Below the pieces are notes generated by a model, which was not told the origin of the DNA, did not search any database, and saw only the letters and a list, made by a program, of their open reading frames with translations. Below are positions 18,581-27,930 of a stretch of 42,589 nucleotides of DNA, piece after piece. Origin of the DNA: an uncultured Oscillospiraceae bacterium (GTDB lineage Bacteria > Bacillota > Clostridia > Oscillospirales > Acutalibacteraceae). Numbering within the stretch: the stretch's first letter is position 1; each line of letters starts with the position of its first letter. Location: assembly GCA_905193585.1 (NCBI GenBank), contig CAJJPG010000001.1:1-42589 (forward strand). The letters are read 5' to 3'. The position numbers and the translations under genes were made by a program.

Positions 18581-20850
18581 TGCTGTTTTCCCCCCGCGCA
18601 GAAGCTTTGACCCTCCACCGTAACCTTCCCGTCCGTGAAGGGCTGCGAGCCGTAATTTACGTATATTACGGTTCCGCCGCTGTAGGTTACGCGATATACG
18701 CCTACACCTATTGCCTTATGCTCGACTATGTACTGACCCTCTACCATGCTTAAAACTTCGTTCAGCCGGTTGTATATTTTTTCGATCTGCGGATACCAGT
18801 TTTCAAAATTAAGAGAAAAATAATCTTCAAGCGGTGTATCCGTCAGCGAATGGTTATCGGACGCAGTAACCATAAAGGAAGGATAGCAACCGTATTCAGC
18901 CATTTTCAGAATGCTCTCGGTAGTATAAAAGCCCTGATTGGCATACGGCGCGTAATAATCCATACTGCCCTTTAAAACAATTTGTAAAAACGGAACCGTA
19001 TCCGTCTCAAAAAGATACTGGCTGCATGATGTGGGAATATCAAAGTATTCATCGGTATATTTCCATAAATAACTGTTTACGCGGCTTAATGCGACCGATT
19101 GTTCCATATCCTTTATCTGACCCGAAAAGCCCTTTGCGGACTCATCCCTGGTCATTGCGGAAGAACGTGTAAAATCAGAATAAAGCCGACTTCCGATCTG
19201 TTCAATGCTTAAAGAAAAATCGCTGTAATTCTTACGGTATTTTTCAATCGTCTTTACCGCTTTCGAAGGCTTTACAAGAAAGCTTTCGTTATACATTATA
19301 TTATCGTTCTGACGCACAAACTTTGCAACCGAGTTAGAGGCAGTAACCGTTCCCATTTCGTTTTCGTTTATTTGGTCCTTATTTGCCGTGATCGGATTTA
19401 TTTGAAGATAAAATCTCCCGCCCTTTTGCTTTAAAAGCTCGTTCAAAGCTTGAAAATCCTTTCGGCTGCCGACATTTTTATTAAATGTCAACGCCCCGTA
19501 TTTAGAACCGTTTATTCCGCCGCGCTGCCAGCCTTCAAACGCCAGAGTAATATTCTTAATTCCGCTATTTTCAAGCCGTGTTAAAAAGCCCTCCGCCTGT
19601 TTTGCGGTAGTAAAAACCTCCGTGCTCTTGAAAAAAAGATTTTTCTTTATTTCAGAGCCTACAACGTCCAACCGCAGCGGTATATCCGAATCCTTTCTTT
19701 CGGTATTAAGCTCACCGTTTTCCTTGAGTATCCCGCGGTACGCCGTCGCCATTCCGGAGTAATCGGCGTTATCCCCCGCAAACAGCACATATCTCACGGC
19801 AGGCGTTATTTTCTTGGGTTTTTCCTCGGTAGTAAAAATTCCCTTGCCGGCAGTACCTGTGGACTCAGCGTAAAGCTGCCTGAAATCAAAACGCGCGGTG
19901 GTCCAGAAATAATCGGTTGTAAAGCCCGCGGGCGACGCGATTATATTTGCGGAGTTGAATCCGTCCTCTATAATTCCCAAAAATGAATTTTCAGGGGATA
20001 AATACGCTATTCCGAAAATCGGCATTGTTATTTGCTCCGAATCAATCAGGTAATCGTTGGTTCTGCTTGCCTCTAAATCGCTTGCCTTGCTCAGGGTATC
20101 TATTCCCATATCAAGACCGTACACCTTATCGTCATACCCACTGACATAATCGCCCTTGTTGCCGAACCGTATCAATGCCCCCGGGCCGTCGGGAATAAGC
20201 AAATAACCGTCGGTTGCGTTTTCTCTCACACTTCCCAAAAACGGGAGAAAATAGAGTGATTTTATCTTACAGTCGCCGGTTTCCGTAAGGCTGCCCTTAT
20301 CAAGCTCTATTTTAAAGCCGTCTTCAAGCAATGTAAGTGTGAACGAAAATCCTATTTCTATATTCGGAAACCAAACCTTACAGTTTACCGAATCATTATT
20401 CCAGCTATACTCCGTTTCGGCGGAGCGGTCGGAAATACTTATGCGGCTTTCGGAAAGCGCCTCGTTAAAATAGTCTATGGTACAAACGGAATTTCCCATT
20501 GCGGACCATTTTGCGTTCATACCCTCAGGCTTGTCGCTTTCAAGCGTTCCCCATATATGACCGTTTTTGAGATCCTCCACCCGTATTGCGTGGGTTTTCT
20601 CTCTGAACCATATTTGTAAACGGTTATTCCGCAGCTTAAGCTCATAGCCCTCCGTTCCGATCTTTTCGGCAGTCTTAGCCGAGGAAGCATACATAGTGTG
20701 ACGGTTTGTTTCCGACTCTAACACTGTTGTATCGGGGAGTGTAAAGCGTGTGTCGCCGCTCTTACTCTCCGGTATACCTTTTGCCGCAAATACCGATATT
20801 ATGAGAGACGCCGCAACGCCGCAGGATATTATTTTTTTCGGTAGTTTCAT
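18577..20850 (-). CDS. Secreted/membrane-tethered 757-aa protein of unknown function (possibly the DUF5696-type partner of such ABC loci)
   Basis: N-terminal hydrophobic signal/anchor MKLPKKIISCGVAASLIISVFAA. I could not place any catalytic motif. One segment looks barrel-like (ITLAFEGWQRGGINGSKYG..FYLQINP). It is translationally coupled to the downstream permease. Confidence 0.6.
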   Translation of the reverse strand: MKLPKKIISCGVAASLIISVFAAKGIPESKSGDTRFTLPDTTVLESETNRHTMYASSAKTAEKIGTEGYELKLRNNRLQIWFREKTHAIRVEDLKNGHIWGTLESDKPEGMNAKWSAMGNSVCTIDYFNEALSESRISISDRSAETEYSWNNDSVNCKVWFPNIEIGFSFTLTLLEDGFKIELDKGSLTETGDCKIKSLYFLPFLGSVRENATDGYLLIPDGPGALIRFGNKGDYVSGYDDKVYGLDMGIDTLSKASDLEASRTNDYLIDSEQITMPIFGIAYLSPENSFLGIIEDGFNSANIIASPAGFTTDYFWTTARFDFRQLYAESTGTAGKGIFTTEEKPKKITPAVRYVLFAGDNADYSGMATAYRGILKENGELNTERKDSDIPLRLDVVGSEIKKNLFFKSTEVFTTAKQAEGFLTRLENSGIKNITLAFEGWQRGGINGSKYGALTFNKNVGSRKDFQALNELLKQKGGRFYLQINPITANKDQINENEMGTVTASNSVAKFVRQNDNIMYNESFLVKPSKAVKTIEKYRKNYSDFSLSIEQIGSRLYSDFTRSSAMTRDESAKGFSGQIKDMEQSVALSRVNSYLWKYTDEYFDIPTSCSQYLFETDTVPFLQIVLKGSMDYYAPYANQGFYTTESILKMAEYGCYPSFMVTASDNHSLTDTPLEDYFSLNFENWYPQIEKIYNRLNEVLSMVEGQYIVEHKAIGVGVYRVTYSGGTVIYVNYGSQPFTDGKVTVEGQSFCAGGKQQ

Positions 20851-20912
20851 AATAAATCACCATATCTTTCAAAGACGCAAAATGCACCGAATACTTCCCG
20901 TCTCACAAGCAT

Positions 20913-23900
20913 TCATTTTCTGTAAGAATAATACTTTTTAAGAGCAATCAAATCCAAAATATCGGTTTTACCGTCATAATTTACATCACTTTCGGGCTTA
21001 AGATACTCCTGCCGCTGCATAAGAAGGCCCTTACGGAGCAAAACCAAATCGTCCGCCATAACGCGTCCATCATAATTAAGGTCTCCAACAAGAGTATCAA
21101 AGTACGCCTTGTTTCCCAAATCCCTTACTCTGAAATCGGAAAATGAAAGACCGGAGCCGTTCACCGCAAATCCCACAAAGCCTTGCCTGTAATTTTTTCC
21201 TAAATAAAACTGAGCTTTAACGCATGCTCCGCCCGAATTTTTCGGAATTACGGTTACTGCAGCTTTATACCCATCTATTCGCACTCTTATAATAAGCTCG
21301 CCCGAATAGGAGGCGGGAATTGCACCGCTCCCGTCCGAAATTTCGGTTTTCCTGCCGCATAAGCAAATTTTACCGTTTTTATATACAGATATGCCGAAAC
21401 CTGTTTCAAGGCAGTTGTAGGGGTTGTTAACTCCGAATAAAACCGTCGGATAGACATTATCTGCTCCGCCGCTGTTTTTGCAGGTCACCTGCATTTCAAA
21501 GCTGCGATATTTGTGCCCGTTATAAAGTGCTGTAACAACAGACGCATCCGCTGCGGCAATTCCCGCCTGAGTCGCATAAAACGCGCTGCTCATATCCGTT
21601 TCAGCCACAGAAGATATGTTTTCACCTTTATATACATTAAATAGCGCGGAGGCCTGTTCAATATTTGTAAGGTCGGAATACACATCGGAAACGGTTTCGC
21701 CGCCGAGATCGGTAATTTTAAAATTCCAGAAACGGCAGTTCTGACCCGTTGAAGCAAAGCCGACATACCCGCCCTTATAGCCGTTGCCCAAATCATATGA
21801 ATAAGAAAATTCCTTTCCCCATTCATACAGCGGTATTACCGTAACAGTCGCCTTGTGACCCGTAACCCTGATTTTAAGCGTATACGGATACCACGCGGCC
21901 TCAAAATATCCGCTTTCGGCGTCTTTGTGTATACTCGGGTCGGACTGAACAACATACTCCTCATTTACAACGCCTTTAAGAAAGGTTCTTCCCTCGTTGT
22001 ATACCCCTGTTGCATAGCCGCCCTGCCGAGCGCCCACCCAACACGTCGGGTTTTGCACGCCGAACACAAGCATTGGCCAGTAATAGCCCACATTGTTTTC
22101 CTTGCCGCTGCAGTTTACCTGCATTTCAAAATTACGGTATTCGCTGCTTTTTAAAAGTGCGGTCGTTATATAATCATCCTGCTGCCCGAAATAATCGGAA
22201 ATAACGGAAGTATCGAATATATGCGTAGCAATACCGTCAGCCAAAGTAAAGCGAGTGCCGAACGCAGTTTTATACAAACCGCTGTTTTTAGCGTCCGTAC
22301 CGCAGTACACATCGAAAATTTCATCGGCATTATCGGCGCTTGTAAAATTATAAGAAATGTCATTTAATACCTTACCGCCCAAATCGGTTACTGTCATTGA
22401 GTAAATTTTGCTCATACCCGTACCGAAAACAAATCCGATATATCCGCCTTTGTATTCCGCACCGAGAGCGCCTAAATCATATTGATATGAATAAGGCTCA
22501 AGTCCGTCATCCTCAACGGTAACCGTAACCTTTTCACCCTCAACACGCACTGTTAGATTGTACCAGGCGCCCCAAAGGCTGTTAAACTTTCCTTGCGCAT
22601 TATAATTTGATAAATCTTCTTTTCGAGTAAATTCACCGTTGAAAAGCCCGTTAAAATAACTGTTACCCTCGTTATAAAGTCCTACCGTATATCCGCCGTC
22701 GCTTGTGTTTATCCAAGCGGTCGGGTCTTGTACCCCGAATATCACACGCGGTAAAACCGCCCAGTTTTTATCAACATTTATCATGCGCACTTTCAACTCA
22801 AAGTCACGCATTTTCTTTGCCTTATACAGTGCCGAGGACACTACCTCGTTTTGCGCCGACCATACATCGCCGCAGCTGCCGAGCTCGGTGATTTTATGTA
22901 TAACGCCGCCCTCTGCGGTTTCAAAGCGATCGTCGAAGTCAGCCTTTGAAAGACCGCTTGAAGATGCGTTTGTGCCGCCGTAAACACTTACGGAATTGCG
23001 TATATCGCTGCCGCATACGGTTACGCTTTCCATTTTTTCCGTATAGGCGTCGTTATAATCGCTGACGCGCGAAAGGTTCGGGATATTATCCGAGGCGGTA
23101 TCCGAATATATGTTTAATTCGTACAGATAAAAGGCATTTTCCTGCGAAGAGGTGAAGCTCTCAAAACGGATATAACGTGCGGATACGCCCGAAAGGTTCA
23201 TATGCTCGATCATTCCGCCGCCGTTTGTTACCGAAGCCGCCGGTTTCCATGAAGTACCGTCAGACGAGATTTTTATTGAATACGATTCAGGACCGATGCC
23301 TGCCCATTTAAGGAACAGGTCGCCTAATTTCTCTTCTTTTCCGAAATCAAGCGTTATAAAACTCTGCACACCTGCGGTTATCCGCGCCGATGTATCGGCA
23401 AAGCCGTCTATCGCAAGCGATACATTTGAAACGGAATTTGAGCTTATTGCAGCCGATACCGCAAGGTCGCGGTTTTTAGCGCCGCTCGCCGTAACCGTAA
23501 TTTTACTCCATTCCCCGTTCTTTAAAATAACGACGGTTCTGAGAGAGCCGTCAATATAATATGACGGTTTTGCCGCAGACAATGAAAGCGTATCGCTTTC
23601 GGTCAATGCTGCTCCGTCAACCGAAACTCCCGACGCGTTAACGCCGTAAAGCATTATTACCCTGTTGTCACCCGATACGTCTGTAGAATAAATTTCAAAG
23701 CTGTTATCGCTTACAGCCGAAACGGTGTAGGTGGTTTTTGTATTTTTATCCGTGTAGAAATCACTGCTGCGCGTTCCGTTCGGCGCTGTCACAAGAAGAG
23801 CTTCCGCCGCAGTTTCATCACTGAACGGGGTTGCAAGAGTAAGCGTTTCCGATGAAACGCTTACGGGGAATGCGCTGCCCGAGCGTATATACAGCGGAGA

Positions 23901-25862
23901 GCGGTTTAAAGGCGCGTCAACCTCTGCTCGTTTACCGCCGCTTATAACCTCGCCCGTCCACAAATCCACCCAATTGCCGTTAGGAAAATATACATCGGCA
24001 TAATACGCGCCCTTTTCGGTAACGGGGCATACCAGTATATCCTCACAGAAGAGGTATTGTTCCGCAGCACTGAAAAGCGCCTTTTGCCCCGGAAATGCTA
24101 CCGGCATGGACTGGCACATAGGTATTCCGCTTTTATTTGCGTAAACCGAACTGCTGTATATTTTTTTCAAAAAATTTTCTCGCAGCCAATAATAACTTTT
24201 AAACGACTCCTCAGCCGTTTTGCCGTAATACCACGGATCACCGTCCCCCGTGCCGTGCAGCCGCATAAGCGGATTCACAGCACCAAACTGCATCCACCGC
24301 ATATAAAGCTCGGGATCCTTTCCCGTAGCCAGACCGCCTATATCGGTTCCCCATGTTGAAAAGCCGCAGCTGCTGAAGGTAAGCAGCGCGTTTACTGCTT
24401 TGCGAAGACCCGAAAAATCCCCTTGCTGATCGCCGCCGAAATTTGCCGCCCATTTTTGGCTGCCGGGTGAGGCACTTCTTGCAAAGAGGGTAAAATTCTC
24501 GCCGCAGGTTTTATTAAAAAGCTCATATAATTGCTGGGTATAGAAGTAAGGATAAAAATTATGCAGCTCTCCCCCGCTCATACCGTTGGCGGCAGTGCTG
24601 TCGGTAGGTACATACTCACAGTAATCCACCATTAAACCGCGTAATCCGTTGGCAATTTTATCCCGCCATACCTCAGAAATTATTTTTGTTGCGTTTTTAT
24701 GTGTAAAGTCAATTACATCCGAGGTGTGATAATCGGTACCGCTTGCATTTTTAAGTCTGGGCAGCGAATACGAGGTAATATCACGGCTTAATTCGGGAGC
24801 AATTTCGGAATAATCGTCAAGCGTTAAAAATGGATTGCACCAACCGAGCATTTTAATATTGTTCGCGTTCAGAAGACTGTAAGCCGCGGGAATATTATCA
24901 AGCGTATTTTCGCCGTACATAGCCGCAAGATTATTTATTCCGAGGGCCTTATAGCCCGCAAGCTTTTCTTTTAAAATATTACAGGCGTTATCCTTCCCGC
25001 CCGATTCCCAAAGCGAAGACGCCGCGCCGCCCCAATAACGGAACGCCCACTTCGGCTGTAAAGCTGGAGTGCCTGTAAGCGCCGAATAAGCCGAAATATT
25101 TTCGGTGGGCGTGCCTGCCCAAAAATACATATCAAAAACGGGACCGTAAAAATGCAGGTCGTATTTATCCGCCTTTGCAGCGCCTATATCCGCCACAGCT
25201 TTATATGATGAGTTAAAATAAAGCATATAGCCCTCGGTGCTGTGAAGAATCGGTATGCTCTTGTATGTGCTTTCCTCATCGCTCCAGCAATCGCTGTTCC
25301 AAAGTGTGTGAACCGTACCGTTAAGGTAAAGCCCGTCAAACAACTCGCCCATGCCGTACATCAGTTCATCGTTTTTTATACTTCCCCGCAGTTCCACTTC
25401 CTTAAAGGCATTTCCCGATTTTTTAAACCGTATCTGCGAACCGGTAATTTCATATACAAGTCCGTCGGAATTATATATTTCCATTCTCCACGGCGTTGTA
25501 TTGCGGTTTATTACAATGCTTATGTCCCTATTATCCGCACCGTAAAACCTCGTGATGCTCTGCGTGGCCTCGCTTTTGATCTTTTGAAGAGAATCGGGAT
25601 AAAAATATCCCTCATAATTTTGTGCATAAAATCTGAACCCGCCGGAAACCGGAAACGAAATTTTCAGCCTTTCAAACGAGCTCCTCACGTAGGTAAGCAA
25701 AGTCACATCGTTGCTGTTTACCTGAACCGCACGCAGGTCGGACGCGTCATACCAATCGTCCGTTGCGGCGGCATTTACCGAAAATGTGCCGAAAAGCATA
25801 CCCGAAATAACAGAAACCGCGAAAAAAACGGAAATGATTTTTTTTATTAAAGAATGCTTCAT
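20913..25862 (-). CDS. Secreted GH31 - F5/8C - 3x ConA-like module - dockerin multidomain glycosidase
   Basis: 1649 aa. The signal peptide ends in SVNAAA. GH31 blocks: WNSDCW, GLMVDYCEYVP, NFGGDQ, WGTDIGG. The F5/8C-like segment runs AIDGFADTS..LDFGKEEKLGDLFLKW..DGTSWKP..ARYIRF. Three ~200-aa repeats of the unassigned module lie at about nt 22370-22990, 21700-22360 and 21110-21700. The C-terminus is a dockerin. Confidence 0.9.
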   Translation of the reverse strand: MKHSLIKKIISVFFAVSVISGMLFGTFSVNAAATDDWYDASDLRAVQVNSNDVTLLTYVRSSFERLKISFPVSGGFRFYAQNYEGYFYPDSLQKIKSEATQSITRFYGADNRDISIVINRNTTPWRMEIYNSDGLVYEITGSQIRFKKSGNAFKEVELRGSIKNDELMYGMGELFDGLYLNGTVHTLWNSDCWSDEESTYKSIPILHSTEGYMLYFNSSYKAVADIGAAKADKYDLHFYGPVFDMYFWAGTPTENISAYSALTGTPALQPKWAFRYWGGAASSLWESGGKDNACNILKEKLAGYKALGINNLAAMYGENTLDNIPAAYSLLNANNIKMLGWCNPFLTLDDYSEIAPELSRDITSYSLPRLKNASGTDYHTSDVIDFTHKNATKIISEVWRDKIANGLRGLMVDYCEYVPTDSTAANGMSGGELHNFYPYFYTQQLYELFNKTCGENFTLFARSASPGSQKWAANFGGDQQGDFSGLRKAVNALLTFSSCGFSTWGTDIGGLATGKDPELYMRWMQFGAVNPLMRLHGTGDGDPWYYGKTAEESFKSYYWLRENFLKKIYSSSVYANKSGIPMCQSMPVAFPGQKALFSAAEQYLFCEDILVCPVTEKGAYYADVYFPNGNWVDLWTGEVISGGKRAEVDAPLNRSPLYIRSGSAFPVSVSSETLTLATPFSDETAAEALLVTAPNGTRSSDFYTDKNTKTTYTVSAVSDNSFEIYSTDVSGDNRVIMLYGVNASGVSVDGAALTESDTLSLSAAKPSYYIDGSLRTVVILKNGEWSKITVTASGAKNRDLAVSAAISSNSVSNVSLAIDGFADTSARITAGVQSFITLDFGKEEKLGDLFLKWAGIGPESYSIKISSDGTSWKPAASVTNGGGMIEHMNLSGVSARYIRFESFTSSQENAFYLYELNIYSDTASDNIPNLSRVSDYNDAYTEKMESVTVCGSDIRNSVSVYGGTNASSSGLSKADFDDRFETAEGGVIHKITELGSCGDVWSAQNEVVSSALYKAKKMRDFELKVRMINVDKNWAVLPRVIFGVQDPTAWINTSDGGYTVGLYNEGNSYFNGLFNGEFTRKEDLSNYNAQGKFNSLWGAWYNLTVRVEGEKVTVTVEDDGLEPYSYQYDLGALGAEYKGGYIGFVFGTGMSKIYSMTVTDLGGKVLNDISYNFTSADNADEIFDVYCGTDAKNSGLYKTAFGTRFTLADGIATHIFDTSVISDYFGQQDDYITTALLKSSEYRNFEMQVNCSGKENNVGYYWPMLVFGVQNPTCWVGARQGGYATGVYNEGRTFLKGVVNEEYVVQSDPSIHKDAESGYFEAAWYPYTLKIRVTGHKATVTVIPLYEWGKEFSYSYDLGNGYKGGYVGFASTGQNCRFWNFKITDLGGETVSDVYSDLTNIEQASALFNVYKGENISSVAETDMSSAFYATQAGIAAADASVVTALYNGHKYRSFEMQVTCKNSGGADNVYPTVLFGVNNPYNCLETGFGISVYKNGKICLCGRKTEISDGSGAIPASYSGELIIRVRIDGYKAAVTVIPKNSGGACVKAQFYLGKNYRQGFVGFAVNGSGLSFSDFRVRDLGNKAYFDTLVGDLNYDGRVMADDLVLLRKGLLMQRQEYLKPESDVNYDGKTDILDLIALKKYYSYRK
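20916..21086 (-). other. Type-I dockerin module (C-terminus of the 1649-aa GH31)
   Basis: Two Ca-binding loop-helix repeats: GDLNYDGRVMADDLVLLRKGLL and SDVNYDGKTDILDLIALKKY. Confidence 0.85.
22415..22990. repeat. Copy 1 of a ~575-bp near-identical dispersed repeat (partner 40481-41056)
   Basis: Constant offset of 18066 nt. By-eye alignment shows only scattered substitutions and a 155-nt perfectly identical core (22636-22790 = 40702-40856). The two +strand shadow ORFs 22703-22983 and 40769-41049 in the track are near-identical for the same reason. Confidence 0.9.
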
Positions 25863-25880
25863 AATATCCTTTTCCTTTAT

Positions 25881-27923
25881 TTATTTTCGGAATAAATTAT
25901 ATTCAAGCTCCCCGAAAAGGTCATACAAATATCCGAACACCTGCGTCCAGATGAGGTAAAGAATGGTAAGGGTAATAACCGCCATTATCATAAAAAATAA
26001 AATTAAGATCACGTTTTTAACCGTTTCTGAGAACGTATAATTATGCGTCTGCATAATTTCCGTAAACAGGAGCACGCCGGTCCATACGATTGCCGTAAAG
26101 CCAATAAGCGTAATTATAAACTGCTCGTTGAGCGAAAGAATATATGAAGCCGCTATGCCGAACGGCGTAAGCAGAATATACGGTGCAAAGGCATAAGCGG
26201 TGGTAATATAAATGTTCTTAAAGCTGCCCTCGCCCTCGCATATTGAGGAGATCATTTTATTCCCGAAAAGCAGTAACGCCAACGGCACAAAGAATATAAG
26301 CGGAATCGAGAAAATCGGGATTGCGCTTATATCCGTTCGGCGAAAAAGGTAACTCGGCAGATACATATCGCAAACGAACACAAAAAATGTAAGCAGATAA
26401 ACTCCCGTGGCCGAATATACGCTGCCGTATTTGCCCGAGCGCAGATAGTAAAAGGTGTCTATCGGGTGGGTCATCATTTTAAGAATTACCGGGCGGCTGC
26501 GCCTGCTTTCGGCTTTTGCAAGTATACCCCTTTTCCGCAGCAAACCAAGCAGACTTGTAATTATTGCCGCGGCGGCAATACCGACTAAAATATACGACAT
26601 ATATTTATTCATCCACTCGTTGCGTATCTCCCAAAATGCCTGCGAGTAATATTTTTTATTTTTGCAAATTTTAAAATGTTCCATTGCCTCGGAATATTCT
26701 CCCTGATAAAGCAATGCCTTTCCGTAGCCCAAATGCGCAATATCCGAGTTTCCGTTAAGCCTTAGAACCGAAGCCCATATTTCCCCGCTGCTTTCGTAAT
26801 TTCCCTCGGAAAGCTCATATATGGCGCGGTGGGTCACAGTAGCAAATTCCGTAGGGAAAAAGGTCTGAACCCGTCCGCGTTCGGAATCGAGAACGTAAAT
26901 AATACCGTTTTCATCCACCGTTATCGCTGCGGCGGAGGTGAAAAGTCCCATTCTGTCCGATGATACCGCGCGCCCGCCGAATGAGAAAAGCAGATTTCCG
27001 GCTTTGTCATATTCATATATAAGCCCGGTAGCCGTAAGGGCATAAATATTATCGTATATTCCGTAAGCAACGTCGGTAAAATTCCATTCCTCGCTCATAG
27101 AAGAACCTGCGGACATTATATTTACGCCGTTCATATTATGCAGCTTTAAATAATTCTGCATTTTTGAAGAATCGGATTTCTGACTATCCGCCTGGGTAAC
27201 GCTTAAAACCGTGTCCTTATCGGCAAGATCGATGTTTTCTACGGAGCGCGGGAAACGGCTCAGCTGCTGATCCTTTTGTTCATCGGAAAGTATCAGCTCC
27301 TGAACAGTCTCCAAAAATGTAAGGTCACGCTTATTCGCCGCAAAAAAGCCCTGAAATACTCCGTTTCGGTCAAACTGCATAAGTCCCTGGTATGAGCCCT
27401 GCCCCACGGCAAATATATTTCCCTGGGAGGTCACTATAACATTTTTGGGCTGATAAACCGTTTGCTCGTTGAAAAGATAGCTGTCGGGTCGGGTAATGCG
27501 TCCCAACTCCGCGCCTTCTGCGGAAAAATGAACTATAGCCGGAATATCGGGATCGGCAACATAGAGCGACAGGTCGTCACAAACAAATATACCGGTAGGA
27601 TTTATAAGGATTCCCTCGCCTATGACCGTCTGTGTCTCGTGAGATAAATCACGCTTTATAACTCTGCCGTTGCCGCTGTCGGCAACATAAAGACAGCCCT
27701 TTTTGTAAAATACGTCCTTCGGCTTTGAAAGCCCCTCATTTCTGAAATACACCGAGCCTGAGCGGTAAGCGTCCTGTGTTCTTATCCAGTTGTCATCTAC
27801 CGAAAGCGTATATGTATAGGTTGTGTTTTCGGCAGCAAACACCGTTAAGCCTGCGGAGCAGAAAACAGATAAAGAAAGTAAAGTAATAATAATTGCGACA
27901 GCTTTTTTCACCATGTTCCGCAT
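25881..27923 (-). CDS. Membrane protein: signal peptide - NHL-type beta-propeller - TPR-like linker - C-terminal Yip1-like polytopic domain
   Basis: 680 aa. There are five or more NHL-like blades, e.g. CLYVADSGNGRVIK, LYVADPDIPAIVHF, NIFAVGQGSYQGLMQF and IIYVLDSERGRVQTF. A TPR-like stretch follows (GYGKALLYQGEYSEAMEHF). After it come about five hydrophobic helices. The gene sits directly after two permease genes. Confidence 0.75.
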   Translation of the reverse strand: MRNMVKKAVAIIITLLSLSVFCSAGLTVFAAENTTYTYTLSVDDNWIRTQDAYRSGSVYFRNEGLSKPKDVFYKKGCLYVADSGNGRVIKRDLSHETQTVIGEGILINPTGIFVCDDLSLYVADPDIPAIVHFSAEGAELGRITRPDSYLFNEQTVYQPKNVIVTSQGNIFAVGQGSYQGLMQFDRNGVFQGFFAANKRDLTFLETVQELILSDEQKDQQLSRFPRSVENIDLADKDTVLSVTQADSQKSDSSKMQNYLKLHNMNGVNIMSAGSSMSEEWNFTDVAYGIYDNIYALTATGLIYEYDKAGNLLFSFGGRAVSSDRMGLFTSAAAITVDENGIIYVLDSERGRVQTFFPTEFATVTHRAIYELSEGNYESSGEIWASVLRLNGNSDIAHLGYGKALLYQGEYSEAMEHFKICKNKKYYSQAFWEIRNEWMNKYMSYILVGIAAAAIITSLLGLLRKRGILAKAESRRSRPVILKMMTHPIDTFYYLRSGKYGSVYSATGVYLLTFFVFVCDMYLPSYLFRRTDISAIPIFSIPLIFFVPLALLLFGNKMISSICEGEGSFKNIYITTAYAFAPYILLTPFGIAASYILSLNEQFIITLIGFTAIVWTGVLLFTEIMQTHNYTFSETVKNVILILFFMIMAVITLTILYLIWTQVFGYLYDLFGELEYNLFRK

Positions 27924-27930
27924 AGCTCCT

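Noticed and set aside
22703-22983. Duplicated plus-strand ORFs (22703-22891 and 22705-22983 versus 40769-40957 and 40771-41049) that look like a conserved small gene pair.
   Set aside because: They are antisense shadows of the duplicated ConA-like module. Their conservation is fully explained by the minus-strand repeat.
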